DNA of 59,488 nucleotides from a virus (Duplodnaviria; Caudoviricetes), in the IMG/VR virus record IMGVR_UViG_3300020165_000023, positions 1 to 59,488 of that record; one strand, 5' to 3'. A model generated the notes under the pieces. The model was not told the origin of the DNA. It saw only the letters and a program-made list of their open reading frames with translations, and searched no databases. The translations under genes and the position numbers were made by a program. Within the stretch, counting starts at the first letter, position 1. Every line of letters starts with the position of its first letter. Positions 35,079 through 43,678 of the stretch are shown in pieces.

Positions 35079-38000
35079 GTGGCTAATAACGATAAAAACT
35101 TTAAAGTCAAAAATGGTTTAGATGTAAAGGGCGGTGCAACGATCGATAACGATCTACTTGTATCTGGTACTCTTACAGCGCAGGTTAACACACCCACGCA
35201 AGATTCAGATGTAGTCAATAAAGCATATGTTGATGCTATTGATACACATGATTCCGCTGCTGTTGTTGGTCAAATCAATCTTGAAGTAGATGCTGACTTT
35301 GTTGAAGCTATTCGTCCCGCAGAAACTATCTTTGACTTGACCGGTAGCGGTAGTGGTAATTACACATTCTCTGGTGATGGTTTCCCTACTACAGCAAGTG
35401 ACCCTGTTCTTCACTTGACACGTGGTAAGACTTATAAGTTTGCAAACGTTTCTGGCTCACATCCTTTTGAGATTCGTGTATCTTCTGGTGGTTCAGCTTA
35501 TTCTGATGGTGTAACAAACAATGGTGGTTCTGGTACTGTACTCTTTACTGTACCGATGAATGCACCTGCTGAACTTGTTTACCAGTGTACTATTCATTCT
35601 TCGATGCTCGGTACTATTTACATTGACGATAAAGTCGGTGTTGATTCTGATCAAGTTAGTAACATTATTATTGCTGACGTTGATCAAACTTTCATTGATC
35701 AGTTTGATACTCATGACTCCGCTGCAGTTCAAGGCCAAATCGATGCAACTATTGCATTGTCTGACACACATGACTCTGCTGCTGTTGTTGGTCAGATTAA
35801 CCTTGAAGTAGATCAAACATTCATTAATCAGTTCGACACGCATGATTCTGCAGCTGTCTTGGGTCAGATTAACGCGACAGTTAACCAATCATTCATTGAT
35901 GCATTCGATACGCATGATAGTGCCGCAGTACAAGGTCAGATTGATACAACTATTGCTGCAACTGACACTCACGACTCTGCTGCGGTTCTCGGCCAAATCA
36001 ATGCGACAGTTAACCAATCATTCATTGATGCTCTTGATACTCACGATAGTGCAGCTGTTCTCGGACAAATTAATGCTTCTATTGCCGCAACCGATACACA
36101 TGACTCAGCTGCAGTAGTTAACCAGATTGAGCGTGAAGTTGACCTGGCATTCATTAATGCACTAGACGCTTCTGCAACTAATCTTGACTCTGATCTTATT
36201 CCAGGTTTGGTGCTTGGTACTGATGTAAACGGTAACTATGTCGCTGACGTAACTGGTACAACTAATCAAATTGAAGTAACACATACACAAGGCGAAGGTT
36301 CAACACCTGTAATTGGTCTGCCTAACAATGTAACGATTGACTCTGATCTTACTGTTAATGGTGTGATCAAAGGCCCAGCGACAATGATCATCGATCCAGC
36401 GCTTCATGGTGATAGCTCTGGTACTTTGGTTATTCTTGGTAACCTGCAGGTTGATGGTGTATCGACTGTTATTCAATCTAGCACAGTTTCGATTACCGAT
36501 AAGAATATTGTACTGGCTGATTCTGCAACAAATAATACTGAAGCAAACGGTGCAGGCATTACAGTTAATGGTGCAAACGCTTCTATCACGTATGTTGCAG
36601 CTGGTGACAAATGGGAACTAAACAAAGCACCTTACTACCTGAACGATCGCCTTCTTACTACCGCTGATGATACACATGACTCTGCTGCTGTTGTTGGCCA
36701 GATTAATGATGTAGTAAATGCTGCATACGTACAAGGTAAGATTGACCAAACGTTTATTAATACATTTGATACTCATGATTCTGCTGCAGTAGTAGGTCAA
36801 ATTGGTCTTGAAGTAGATCAAACCTTTATTGATCAGTTTGATACTCATGACAGTGCCGCGGTTCTTGGCCAAATTAATGCAACAGTTAATCAAACGTTTA
36901 TTGACGCATTGGATACTCACGATTCTGCTGCTGTCTTGGGTCAAATCAATGCTGTTATTGCTGTAACTGATACCCATGACAGTGCTGCGGTCCTCGGACA
37001 GATTAATGCAACCGTTAATCAAGCTTATATTGATGCATTAGATACACATGACTCTGCCGCTGTTCTCGGACAGATTAACGCTGTTATTGCTGTAACCGAC
37101 ACACATGACTCTGCCGCCGTACTTGGACAGATTAACGCTGTTGTTGATGCATTAGATACACATGACTCTGCCGCTGTTCTTGGTCAGATTAATGCAACCG
37201 TTAATCAAGCTTATATTGATGCATTAGATACACATGACTCTGCCGCTGTAGTCGGACAGATTGGTCTTGAGGTTACTAAGACATTTGTTGATGCGTTGAA
37301 TGTTGATGCTGATACACTCGATGGCCAAGATGGTACCCACTATCTTGATTACAATAACTTTACTAATACACCAACACTTCCAGCTCAGGTTATTAGCTAT
37401 GACTCTGCATCTGAACTTGCTGATTCTGCAGTTAATGCACGTACTGATCAAGACCTGTTTACCACGTCTGATGTTGAGTTCAATAAAGTAACATCTAACT
37501 TGGTTGGTTCTGTTCACTTTACTGCACAGAATGATGAAGGTACTGCACTGGCAATTGGTGATGTAGTTTACATTAAAGGTATTTCTGGTAATACACCAAC
37601 TGTTGCTAAAGCTGATGCAGATGATGCAGCAAAGATGCCAGCATTTGGTATTGTATCAAACGGTGCAAATGATGGTGCAAACGTAACAGTTACGACTTTT
37701 GGTGAAATTGCTAACATCGATACTTCTACCTTATCTCTTGGTGATACCCTTTATGTTTCCTCTGTTGCTGGTGCATTTACCGCAACTAAGCCAACTGGTC
37801 AAGGTTCACTTCTACAGAACGTCGGTCAGGTAACACGGGTACATGCTTCAACAGGTTCGATTAAAGTATTGGGTGCAGGTCGTACTGCTGCAACACCTAA
37901 CCTTGATCAAAACAATATCTTTATTGGTAATGCTTCAAATCAGTCAATCACTATGTCGATTGATTCTGCTGTTAGTTTAGTTGACACACATGACTCAGCA

Positions 38001-39401
38001 GCGGTTGTTGGCCAGATTGGTCTTGAGGTTACTAAGACGTTTATCGATGCATTAAATGTTGATGCTGATACTCTTGATAACCAAGATGGTACCCACTATC
38101 TTGATTATACTAACTTTACCAATACACCAACTATTCCCGCTTTTGGTACTGACTATGTTGATTCTGCTGCAGCGCGTGGTTTGGTATCTGGCAATAAAGG
38201 TCTGAGCTATAACTCGACTACCGGTGTGTTTGATATTGACTCGGCTAACATCTATGGCTTTACAATCGATTCTGCTCGTACTATTGACTTGATTGATTCT
38301 GCTTACATTCAGCCATTGGCACGTGCTGCAATTGTTGCTGGTACTAATATCACATATGATTCTGCAACTGGCGTAATTGCTTCGACAGCTAGCGGTGGTG
38401 CATATGACTCGGCTATGACCGGCGCACAGATTGATTCTGCTGCACTTTCTTATACTCTCGACTTTGTAACAACCAAAGGTAATACAACCACTAACGATAT
38501 TACGGTTGGTGCCCTTATTGCAGACTCAGCAACTTTTGATACTGATACATTGGTTGTTGATGCAACGAATAATCGTGTCGGTGTTGGTACTACATCGCCA
38601 ACTGCTAAGCTCGACGTAAATGGCGAAGTCTTTGTTTCTACTCTTACGCCTTCTACTGACTCTGCTCTGGCAACCAAGAAGTATGTTGATGACAATGCAG
38701 GCGGTGGTACATCATCTTCACATACCGTTGCTATTGGCTTGCTTAATGCTGGTCTTGATGTTGGTGATCCAATCTATTATGACTCAGACGCAACTAAATG
38801 GGTAGGTGCAGTAGATTCTGCTGCAGGTGTTGCATCTCATGTTGTTGTTGACAAAGGTGGTAGTGATTTCAAGATTGCACAAACTGGTGTGTTTACTCTT
38901 ACACCAAACCAGGGTCTTGATATCAACTCTTACTACTACTTGGGTAACACAGAAGGCGTATATACAACAACTCAGCCAACCAACGGTATTTACCAGTCGC
39001 TGTTCTATGCAGTAGACTCAAGTACCGTTGATGTAAATATTGCAGAAGCACAAGATATTAGCCCATCTAATCCAAACGAAACACGTATTACCACAATTAA
39101 TATTACGTCTACACCTTACACAATCCCAGTCAACTCGACTGGTAAGATGTTTGTTCTGGGTTCTGGTGCTGGTACACTGAATTTAAATGCAGCAAACTTC
39201 TTTACCGGTGATGTACTGACTCTGTATAATAACAGCGCTTCAACTCGTACCCTAACATTTGATACATATTCTGATGCTGTACGTATTCCAGGTAGTGCGA
39301 CAAACTACTCTGCTTCTAGCCTTACAGTTGAAGCTTATGGTATGGCTTCTGTTACAGCTATTACTGATAATGGTTTGATTATTACCGGTGGAGTTAGCTA
39401 A
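35079..39401 (+). CDS. Long tail fibre protein 2 with about 18 DTHDSAAV repeats and a cupredoxin-like domain
   Basis: GTG start; MANNDKNFKVKNGL N-terminus; repeats; NRVGVGTTSPTAKLDVNG fibre motif; shares modules with fibre 1. Confidence 0.8.
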   Translation: MANNDKNFKVKNGLDVKGGATIDNDLLVSGTLTAQVNTPTQDSDVVNKAYVDAIDTHDSAAVVGQINLEVDADFVEAIRPAETIFDLTGSGSGNYTFSGDGFPTTASDPVLHLTRGKTYKFANVSGSHPFEIRVSSGGSAYSDGVTNNGGSGTVLFTVPMNAPAELVYQCTIHSSMLGTIYIDDKVGVDSDQVSNIIIADVDQTFIDQFDTHDSAAVQGQIDATIALSDTHDSAAVVGQINLEVDQTFINQFDTHDSAAVLGQINATVNQSFIDAFDTHDSAAVQGQIDTTIAATDTHDSAAVLGQINATVNQSFIDALDTHDSAAVLGQINASIAATDTHDSAAVVNQIEREVDLAFINALDASATNLDSDLIPGLVLGTDVNGNYVADVTGTTNQIEVTHTQGEGSTPVIGLPNNVTIDSDLTVNGVIKGPATMIIDPALHGDSSGTLVILGNLQVDGVSTVIQSSTVSITDKNIVLADSATNNTEANGAGITVNGANASITYVAAGDKWELNKAPYYLNDRLLTTADDTHDSAAVVGQINDVVNAAYVQGKIDQTFINTFDTHDSAAVVGQIGLEVDQTFIDQFDTHDSAAVLGQINATVNQTFIDALDTHDSAAVLGQINAVIAVTDTHDSAAVLGQINATVNQAYIDALDTHDSAAVLGQINAVIAVTDTHDSAAVLGQINAVVDALDTHDSAAVLGQINATVNQAYIDALDTHDSAAVVGQIGLEVTKTFVDALNVDADTLDGQDGTHYLDYNNFTNTPTLPAQVISYDSASELADSAVNARTDQDLFTTSDVEFNKVTSNLVGSVHFTAQNDEGTALAIGDVVYIKGISGNTPTVAKADADDAAKMPAFGIVSNGANDGANVTVTTFGEIANIDTSTLSLGDTLYVSSVAGAFTATKPTGQGSLLQNVGQVTRVHASTGSIKVLGAGRTAATPNLDQNNIFIGNASNQSITMSIDSAVSLVDTHDSAAVVGQIGLEVTKTFIDALNVDADTLDNQDGTHYLDYTNFTNTPTIPAFGTDYVDSAAARGLVSGNKGLSYNSTTGVFDIDSANIYGFTIDSARTIDLIDSAYIQPLARAAIVAGTNITYDSATGVIASTASGGAYDSAMTGAQIDSAALSYTLDFVTTKGNTTTNDITVGALIADSATFDTDTLVVDATNNRVGVGTTSPTAKLDVNGEVFVSTLTPSTDSALATKKYVDDNAGGGTSSSHTVAIGLLNAGLDVGDPIYYDSDATKWVGAVDSAAGVASHVVVDKGGSDFKIAQTGVFTLTPNQGLDINSYYYLGNTEGVYTTTQPTNGIYQSLFYAVDSSTVDVNIAEAQDISPSNPNETRITTINITSTPYTIPVNSTGKMFVLGSGAGTLNLNAANFFTGDVLTLYNNSASTRTLTFDTYSDAVRIPGSATNYSASSLTVEAYGMASVTAITDNGLIITGGVS

Positions 39402-39529
39402 TACCTAAGTTAAATATGATGCAAATAGCTGGTACGCCTGGTAATGTCTCTTCTTCTGCTCTTACATATAGTAGTACAGTAGGCACACTTTTAACTGTTA
39501 CTGGTGACACTACACTCACATTTAACTGA
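39401..39529 (+). pseudogene. Remnant of a fibre-tip adhesin gene
   Basis: Open frame (I)PKLNMMQIAG...VTGDTTLTFN* starts with ATA overlapping the fibre stop, where the paralogous module at 40617 has TAATG. Confidence 0.45.
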
Positions 39530-39575
39530 TACATCTTACTAACAAGCGGTCATCAATATAGAAGTGCACCAACGG

Positions 39576-39583
39576 TATAAATA
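39576..39583 (+). promoter_or_regulatory. Late promoter
   Basis: TATAAATA. Confidence 0.75.
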
Positions 39584-39612
39584 GTAATAACTGTAAATAA
39601 ACGGAAAATAAC

Positions 39613-40617
39613 ATGGCACGTAAGAATTCAAATATTGTTTCATCTGCCGCTGTAATTACGGGTTTTACACAAAAGCCTACAATCAGCGGGGGCCAAACTG
39701 TACTCAGCGGTCTTCAACCAATCGACTTAACCCGTGTCGATGTTTATAAGAACGGTCTTCTTTTGTTGTCTACCGAAGATTATACGGTTAACTCAATTAC
39801 TCAGATTACAATGTCGGTTGCTTTGCAGGCAGATGATGATATTGTTATTCAGTCTATTGCACATGGTTATGTTAATACAACACCTTTGACAATTGACAAT
39901 ATTACTGTTGGTCAATATCCAACTGTACCAGCCGGTGGTACTCAGTTAACCTTGTCTCAGGCTATTAATATTGATTCTACTTTAGTATTTAAAAACGGTG
40001 TACTGCTCAAAGAAGCTAGTGATTATACTGTTGTAAATAATACGCGTATTGATACTATTGATCCAATGGATGCAAATGATGTAATTCATGTACGTAGCAC
40101 AATGGACACATCAACAACTGTTGCAACAACTATTACTGGTACAACTGCAGCTGCTCCTGGTCCTGCAGTCAATTCTGATCCAGATACAGGTTTATTCTTT
40201 AATGGTACAGCTAATACTTTGTCTGTCGCGGCTGGCGGTTCTGAAGTAGCAACCTTTACAGCCGATGGTATTCAAGACGCACAGGGTAATGTTCGTGCAT
40301 TACAAGTTACAACTGATGCAACTTCATCTGTAACTATTGCTTCTGGTTCAACGGGTAAATACTTTAGACTTACTGGCTCGACAGTCACTATTAATATTAA
40401 TGCAGGTAACTTTACCGCTGGTGATATTATTACATTGCATAATGCAACAGCGACTGATATGACTATTGACTTTGATGCTAACTTTACTGATACAGTTTAT
40501 ATTGCTGGTGATGGTACAGATAAGAATAATAGCACTATTACTCTTGCTGGTTATGGTCTTGCTACATGTATTGCATTTACTTCTGCTGGTATGATTGTTA
40601 ACGGGAATGTAAGCTAA
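39613..40617 (+). CDS. Short fibre/appendage protein
   Basis: Two VYKNG/VFKNGxLL...DYT domains, an NSDPDTGLF fibre motif, and a C-terminal domain paralogous to the fibre 2 tip. Confidence 0.7.
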   Translation: MARKNSNIVSSAAVITGFTQKPTISGGQTVLSGLQPIDLTRVDVYKNGLLLLSTEDYTVNSITQITMSVALQADDDIVIQSIAHGYVNTTPLTIDNITVGQYPTVPAGGTQLTLSQAINIDSTLVFKNGVLLKEASDYTVVNNTRIDTIDPMDANDVIHVRSTMDTSTTVATTITGTTAAAPGPAVNSDPDTGLFFNGTANTLSVAAGGSEVATFTADGIQDAQGNVRALQVTTDATSSVTIASGSTGKYFRLTGSTVTININAGNFTAGDIITLHNATATDMTIDFDANFTDTVYIAGDGTDKNNSTITLAGYGLATCIAFTSAGMIVNGNVS

Positions 40618-41672
40618 TGAGTATTACTCAGTTGATGACGTTGTCTGGTGAGTTGGCTGCTGGTGGTGGCAGTTTGTCAGATTTTGAACTAGGATACTTC
40701 CTTCCATCATCGTACAAAACGACAGATGGCGGAGATATTCTATCATACATTACGGACAATGGATCGGGTAATTATACATTAGACCTTTCTTCGGCATCAT
40801 TCACCACCATCTCTATATTCGCAGTCGCTGGTGGTGGGTCAGGAGCGCACCGAAATAGTGGTGTCGATTGGGGAGCTAGAGGGGGCAGTGGAGGCAATTC
40901 GTTTTTATTGGAAGACTTAGATGTTAGCTCTATAAATGAGATTGTTATCGACGTTGGGGCTGGAGGCGCTTCCGTTGGATCAGGGAGCACTGCTCTTCTC
41001 GCTGGTATAACTGGGGGCGATACAACCATCACAATTGATAGCACTTTAATAGCCACCGTACAAGGTGGTCGCGGAGCGTCCTCAGCAACGGGCGCCACGC
41101 TCAACGGTGCGAACGACGCTAATACGACCGATCTAACAGGATTAACATATACACAGACGCAGAGCAATTTAGGCGGTCAAGGTGGAGGTGGCTTTAATTC
41201 CGGCGGTGGTGGCGGCGGAGCTGGTGGATATACTGGAGCTGGTGGTAACGGTTCGGCCGCGAGGACAAACAATGGGTCAGCTACTGCTCCCGGTGATGAT
41301 TACGGCGGCGGCGGTGGAGCTGGTGGCGAGGGCGGACTAAGGTCTACATCAACTTATGGTGGAGATGGTGGTCTTGCAGGCAACGACAATGTATACGGCG
41401 GCGGTGGTGGTGGTGGTGCTTATGCGCCATACATCGGCAATCCAGACATAGACGGTTTTGACTTGGATATTGCTGAAGCTGTTAAGCGCGATGGCGTAGA
41501 CGGAGGACTTCACGGTGGTGGTGGCGGTGGTACTGCCGATGGTCAGTCAGGCGGAACGCAAGCTGATAAAAAGTCTGGAGCAGGTGGAGATGGTGCTATA
41601 TTGATCGTGTTCAATGGTAGTGCTACACAGCTCGACTTACCTTTAGTAGACAATGTTGATTACACAGTATAG
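40617..41672 (+). CDS. Glycine-rich adhesin-like protein (gp38-like polyglycine)
   Basis: AVAGGGSG, multiple GGGGG tracts, and a terminal GAGGDGAILI; translationally coupled to the upstream gene. Confidence 0.7.
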   Translation: MSITQLMTLSGELAAGGGSLSDFELGYFLPSSYKTTDGGDILSYITDNGSGNYTLDLSSASFTTISIFAVAGGGSGAHRNSGVDWGARGGSGGNSFLLEDLDVSSINEIVIDVGAGGASVGSGSTALLAGITGGDTTITIDSTLIATVQGGRGASSATGATLNGANDANTTDLTGLTYTQTQSNLGGQGGGGFNSGGGGGGAGGYTGAGGNGSAARTNNGSATAPGDDYGGGGGAGGEGGLRSTSTYGGDGGLAGNDNVYGGGGGGGAYAPYIGNPDIDGFDLDIAEAVKRDGVDGGLHGGGGGGTADGQSGGTQADKKSGAGGDGAILIVFNGSATQLDLPLVDNVDYTV

Positions 41673-41712
41673 GAAACGGATATGACAGTAGCTACTGTTA
41701 CTTGGACTCCGG

Positions 41713-41720
41713 CATAAATA
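41713..41720 (+). promoter_or_regulatory. Late promoter variant
   Basis: CATAAATA upstream of 41790. Confidence 0.45.
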
Positions 41721-41789
41721 TAGATTATGACAAACGGTTAGTAATTACTATCGTATAAGCAAATATAAAATAAGAAAGAGTTATTTCAA

Positions 41790-42233
41790 ATGACATCAAG
41801 AGCAAATGACCTAGCTAATCTAATGAGCAGCACAACTGTTGGTACACGCGATCTGACACTTGACTCTGACTTTTCTGCAACAACTGTATCTGATGTTGAT
41901 GGTGATGTACGTAAGCCCGTACTGGAGTCCGGCGGTGCTATTGCTTCTGTTTCAGCAGTTGGTTCTGGTATTCTTCATCTTGATAATGCTGCAACCACAA
42001 CTCTCGTTCTTTCGAATGGCAATTTGGCTGCTGGTGACATTCACACAATTTATAATGATACAGGTGCAGCTGTAACAATTACATTAACTGGTTTTACTAA
42101 TACACGGGAAGATGGTTCTGGAACAAGTATAAGTGGTAGCACCGTAACTCTTGCTGATAAGTCCCTTCTGACTGCGACAGTGATTTCTAGTACGGTTCTT
42201 GTACTGTCTTCAGCTAACTTGACGGTAGCGTAA
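41790..42233 (+). CDS. Minimal fibre-tip adaptor protein
   Basis: MTSRANDLANL N-terminus plus a GNLAAGDIHTIYND domain paralogous to the C-termini of 39613 and 35079. Confidence 0.7.
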   Translation: MTSRANDLANLMSSTTVGTRDLTLDSDFSATTVSDVDGDVRKPVLESGGAIASVSAVGSGILHLDNAATTTLVLSNGNLAAGDIHTIYNDTGAAVTITLTGFTNTREDGSGTSISGSTVTLADKSLLTATVISSTVLVLSSANLTVA

Positions 42234-42234
42234 T

Positions 42235-43254
42235 ATGAGTATTCTTCTTGCACCATACCCTAGCTATTTTGGCGGCAGTGCTGCTGTCTACACTTTTGAG
42301 ATGTGGGGTTCGGGTGGCGGTGGTGGCGGTGGGCGCCCTGACGCCGCCGACACGGGCACTGAAGATGCTGGACCTGGTGGTGGCGGTGCTTACGTTAGCG
42401 GTACTCTTACCGGTCTGACCAATGGAATGGTGCTTGAAATATTGACAGGTGGTGTTGGCACTGCCGGACTCAGTGTCAGCCAATCTGGCCAGTCATCTGG
42501 TGGTTCTGGTGGCGGTGCTTCGGCTATACGTATTGAATCTGGTGATATCGTAGCAGTTGCCGGTGGCGGCGCTGGTGGTGGTCAAGCTGGATCGGCAGCT
42601 GGCGCAGACGGCACAGGTGGACGTGGTGGTAACTCCGTGGATGGAACCGGTGTATATGCTACAGACGTAAACAACGCCGCCGGTGGCGAAGGTGGTCAAT
42701 CCGGTACGGCTACCACGCCAGGTGCCTTGACTGCCGACACTAATCCTCCGACAAAGACCGAAGATCTTCAAGATGGTGGTACTGGTGCCATTGATGAAGG
42801 TGGTGGCGGCGGCGGTTCAACTTCTACTGCCAACCCTACAGGATGGGGAGGTACCGGCGGTGCCGGCGGTCTCGACGACGGTAACGAAGGTGGTGGCGGC
42901 GGTGGCGGCGGTGGCTACTTCGCTGGTACTGGTGGTTCAGCTGCCGTAAGTGGTAACGAGTGTGGCGCTGGTGGTGGTGGCGGTGGTTCATACATCAATG
43001 CCACTTATGTATCTACATACACTTCTGAAGAAGGTAGTTTCGAAGACGGCACCGCACACGCCGGCGCAGCGGTTAATCAGAGTGCGGGATCAACAGCAAC
43101 AGCTTACTCTACATCTATAGGTCGCGGCGGGGCTGGTCATCGGCCTACCGCTGGTACCAACGGTGAAGCTGGTGGTGTATTCATTTACAAGGACGGTGTT
43201 CTCGTCCATTCTAACACAACTAGCGCCATAGAAACAACTTATACCATAGTATAA
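42235..43254 (+). CDS. Glycine-rich adhesin-like protein
   Basis: MWGSGGGGGG, VAGGGAGGG, GGGGGGYFAG, GGGGGSY, and a terminal GEAGGVFI. Confidence 0.7.
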   Translation: MSILLAPYPSYFGGSAAVYTFEMWGSGGGGGGGRPDAADTGTEDAGPGGGGAYVSGTLTGLTNGMVLEILTGGVGTAGLSVSQSGQSSGGSGGGASAIRIESGDIVAVAGGGAGGGQAGSAAGADGTGGRGGNSVDGTGVYATDVNNAAGGEGGQSGTATTPGALTADTNPPTKTEDLQDGGTGAIDEGGGGGGSTSTANPTGWGGTGGAGGLDDGNEGGGGGGGGGYFAGTGGSAAVSGNECGAGGGGGGSYINATYVSTYTSEEGSFEDGTAHAGAAVNQSAGSTATAYSTSIGRGGAGHRPTAGTNGEAGGVFIYKDGVLVHSNTTSAIETTYTIV

Positions 43255-43257
43255 ATA
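43250..43257 (+). promoter_or_regulatory. Late promoter upstream of gp16
   Basis: TATAAATA. Confidence 0.75.
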
Positions 43258-43288
43258 GTATTATATCTATTAACCGAATGAGTATATA

Positions 43289-43678
43289 ATGACTGATATT
43301 GTTCCAAAGAAAGACCTGCCTACAGGTGTGGATACTGCATACGATGAAGACCTTGATCTTGTTCGTACTACTCTACGTACTTTGCTAATGCAAGGTGAAG
43401 AGGGGCTGCAGTTAGCTACACGCGTTGCCGAAGAATCTGAGCATCCTCGTGCAATTGAAGTTCTCACCGGTATGATTAAGCAACAGTCTGAGAATGCATT
43501 CAAGCTCATGGAAATGCACAAAAAGAATAAAGAGATTCGTGCTGACGAAAGCAGTAGCAATCAACAGCAATTAGGCGGTCCAGTTACTAATAATAACTTG
43601 ATTGTTTCTGATACGTCAGAGTTTCTTAAGAAGCTCGAAGCTCTTGATGATGTAATTGATATCGAAGATGGCGCTTGA
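43289..43678 (+). CDS. gp16: Terminase small subunit gp16
   Basis: D.DLVR..L..L...G...L...A.ESEHPRAIEVL..MIK, VTNNNL.V..T.E. Confidence 0.9.
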   Translation: MTDIVPKKDLPTGVDTAYDEDLDLVRTTLRTLLMQGEEGLQLATRVAEESEHPRAIEVLTGMIKQQSENAFKLMEMHKKNKEIRADESSSNQQQLGGPVTNNNLIVSDTSEFLKKLEALDDVIDIEDGA

